NCBI GenBank assembly: GCA_026991575.1
Contig: JALXBF010000191.1
Span: 62,001-94,029 of the forward strand
Direction of reading: 5' to 3'
From: Planctomycetota bacterium
GTDB taxonomy: Bacteria > Planctomycetota > Planctomycetia > JALXBF01
Length of the DNA stretch: 32,029 nucleotides
A program made the position numbers and the translations under genes. Positions 30,190 to 32,029 of the stretch are shown in pieces (the first letter of the stretch is position 1; every line of letters begins with the position of its first letter). The notes below the pieces were generated by a model. It did no database searches. It worked only from the letters and a program-made list of their open reading frames with translations, and had not been told where the DNA came from.

Positions 30190-31011
30190 ATGACCAGAAG
30201 ACGACCCGTATTCGATCACGTGATCGAACTGAACCTGCAGGCCGGTCGTCGGATCGGGTGTAACGTCTACTTGATCTACGACGGCGACGAATATGCCCTG
30301 TTCGACATCGGCTATGAGGAAGACGTGCCCGAGATCCTGGAGCTTGTCCGGCAGCTGGACTTCGCGCTCGACCGTTGCCGTTACCTGATTGCCTCTCACG
30401 CCGACGTCGACCACGCTCAGGGACTCGCCCGGGCCCGTTCCTTCCTGCCCAACGCGCAGGTCGTGGCACACCCGAAAGCGGCCGAGCCTTTGGAAACGGG
30501 CGACCGGATCATCACGTACGCCGAGATCAAGGCTCAGAATATCGATGTGCCTATGCCGAAGGCGAAGGTTGAGCTGCTGGTCGATGAAGGCGACCGCTTG
30601 CAGGTCGGCGGCCTGTCGATCGAAGTCTGGCACACACCGGGTCACACCGAGGGGCAGATCGCACTGAAACTCGGTGAGTTGCTGTTTTCCGGCGACAACA
30701 TTTTCATCGATGGTTCCGTCGGCGTCATCGATGCTCACCATGGCTCGCACATCCCCGACTTCATCCGGTCGCTGGAGCGGATCCGGGACGCCGAGGAGAT
30801 CCGCTGGCTGTTACCCAGCCACGGGCCGATCTTCCGCCGCGATCCGGCCATGATCCAAAAGACCATCGACCGGCTCACGCAGTACCAGTACCTGCTCGAC
30901 TTCGGAACGTGCTGCGTGCACTGGCCGGTGCTGGAGCAATGGGAACGGGAGATTGCCCTGGGCATCCTGCCTCAAGAGCGCGAAGAGCAGCGTGCCGAAC
31001 AGCAGAGCTAG
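30190..31011 (+). CDS. Metallo-beta-lactamase fold hydrolase
   Basis: [37 protein letters not shown]. Confidence 0.9.
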   Translation: MTRRRPVFDHVIELNLQAGRRIGCNVYLIYDGDEYALFDIGYEEDVPEILELVRQLDFALDRCRYLIASHADVDHAQGLARARSFLPNAQVVAHPKAAEPLETGDRIITYAEIKAQNIDVPMPKAKVELLVDEGDRLQVGGLSIEVWHTPGHTEGQIALKLGELLFSGDNIFIDGSVGVIDAHHGSHIPDFIRSLERIRDAEEIRWLLPSHGPIFRRDPAMIQKTIDRLTQYQYLLDFGTCCVHWPVLEQWEREIALGILPQEREEQRAEQQS

Positions 31012-31061
31012 TGACTGACCGGTGCGCGGTCTCGGGACCGGGTGGGACGGGAGTTTTCAAG

Positions 31062-31096
31062 GTCTGAGCGGTCGAGCGGCGCTCGACCGCTCAGAC
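31062..31096. terminator. Perfect 16-bp inverted repeat between convergent genes
   Basis: GTCTGAGCGGTCGAGC-GGC-GCTCGACCGCTCAGAC. No clear U-tract on either side. Confidence 0.5.
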
Positions 31097-31140
31097 GAAG
31101 ACAGCGGAGGCGTCGGGGTGGCGCTATTTTCTTTGGTATG

Positions 31141-31452
31141 TCAAAGCACGTCGAGCACAAAGTGGTAGCCGGTATGGAACCGCCGGTGCTGGGGAAACTT
31201 CCACCACAGGATCTGCTTCATGTACCAGCTTCGCCAGAGCGGCTGCACGCTGAAGATCCGCTTTTCCCGGGGATAGCGATACCGGTAGTCGTAGATTCGC
31301 TCCTCAAGGGATGCCGACCAGTACTGCGGCCGGACGCGATGGTATCCCCAGTAGTAGTAGTTTCCCCACTCGTCAGCCCGGGCGGTGCGGTCCGCAGCGA
31401 CCGCCATCGCCACAAGCATTGCCGCACCTACCAGCAACCGTTTCCAGTCCAT
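31141..31452 (-). CDS. Small secreted aromatic-rich hypothetical protein
   Basis: 103 aa with a Sec-type signal peptide (KR, hydrophobic core, ARA cleavage site), GAGGA RBS and a W/Y-rich mature region ending HFVLDVL. Confidence 0.8.
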   Translation of the reverse strand: MDWKRLLVGAAMLVAMAVAADRTARADEWGNYYYWGYHRVRPQYWSASLEERIYDYRYRYPREKRIFSVQPLWRSWYMKQILWWKFPQHRRFHTGYHFVLDVL

Positions 31453-31776
31453 CTGTGGTCCTCGTCTTCTGCGGGCTTCCTGCGGAGGGCAGCCGTCATT
31501 GGCTTCCTTACGGCACTTCCTTGGTTGCCATTCCGTTCTTCGGACGCGGCTGAAGGGGAACTGAAGTTGGCTGCCCGGAGCTGATCGTGCTTGGGGTCTG
31601 GTCGTATGGGCTGCGATGGCCGTGCAAGCAGCGCAACGCTGAGACGGCGTGCGGTCCGCCCCGTGGGCGGCGCTGACCAGGCAAGCACCGGTCGCGGGGT
31701 TGGGTCCGATCCCACGGCCGCTAAACGGCTAGCGGCAGGCAGCGGAAAACACGGCCTGGCCCGCTGGGGGCGTGCC

Positions 31777-31782
31777 TATAAT
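31777..31782 (+). promoter_or_regulatory. Putative sigma70 -10 element for the nuo operon
   Basis: Perfect TATAAT 78 nt upstream of the nuoA ATG and 14 nt upstream of the Rex box. Confidence 0.6.
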
Positions 31783-31796
31783 GGATGCACGCGAGC

Positions 31797-31814
31797 TTGT
31801 GAAGGTTTTCACAA
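31797..31814. promoter_or_regulatory. Rex operator (ROP)
   Basis: TTGTGAA-GGTT-TTCACAA is an exact match to the Rex consensus TTGTGAA-N4-TTCACAA and lies upstream of nuoA. Confidence 0.85.
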
Positions 31815-31859
31815 GCCCGCCGTTCTCCGGGGCAAGCAGGCCGAGACGGGGGCGAGACG

Positions 31860-32029
31860 ATGGCCGTGGGCCCGCTGGCAATAGCGATCCTTTTCGTCAT
31901 TGCGGTCGTGATGACCGTGCTGCTCATCACGCTGCCGCGACTGCTGACGCCGCGCAAACTGGTCAGCCCCGAGAAGGTCATGCCGTATGAGTCGGGGATG
32001 GATCCGATCGGCGATGCGCGGCATCGCTT
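31860..32029 (+). CDS. nuoA: NADH-quinone oxidoreductase subunit A (truncated by window end)
   Basis: Manual translation MAVGPLAIAILFVIAVVMTVLLITLPRLLTPRKLVSPEKVMPYESGMDPIGDARHR...: a TM helix followed by the K..PYESG..P.G.AR loop. Not in the ORF track. Confidence 0.9.
   Translation, partial: MAVGPLAIAILFVIAVVMTVLLITLPRLLTPRKLVSPEKVMPYESGMDPIGDARHR

Noticed and set aside
31500..31522. CCGTAAGGAAGC (minus strand) as SRP RNA domain IV
   Set aside because: The 5' CAGG and 3' AGCAG symmetric-loop residues are not matched and there is no long flanking stem. The sequence is better explained as a GGA-rich leader.

Overview
GC-rich bacterial chromosomal segment, most likely from a Planctomycetota genome. 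That assignment is an inference from the elongated SecA, the giant membrane-anchored TPR protein, the Tat-exported Gfo/Idh/MocA protein and the small aromatic-rich secreted protein. The window is mostly housekeeping. In order it contains a partial TPR gene, a small winged-helix protein, proB, purF, ffh-rpsP-trmD-rplS-yraN, a 1419-aa TPR protein, a DUF4432/aldose-epimerase-like gene and a Tat oxidoreductase. These are followed by secA-waaA, a groES-groEL-DUF1841-degenerate enhancer-binding-protein run on the minus strand, scpB, a lipoate-ligase-like gene, nucleotidyltransferase-manC-ruvX-MBL hydrolase, a small secreted protein and the start of nuoA. No mobile elements, CRISPR arrays, rRNA or tRNA were seen. 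The most notable signals are: (1) a sigma54-type promoter with paired TGCC-N5-GGC(A/G) upstream palindromes and no CIRCE before groES, with a catalytically degenerate sigma54-activator homolog downstream of groEL; (2) a five-fold internal repeat in the SecA wing region; (3) a perfect Rex operator before nuoA; (4) a W/Y-rich secreted microprotein whose leader carries clustered GGA motifs. Family assignments rest on motif recognition by eye, not on database searches.
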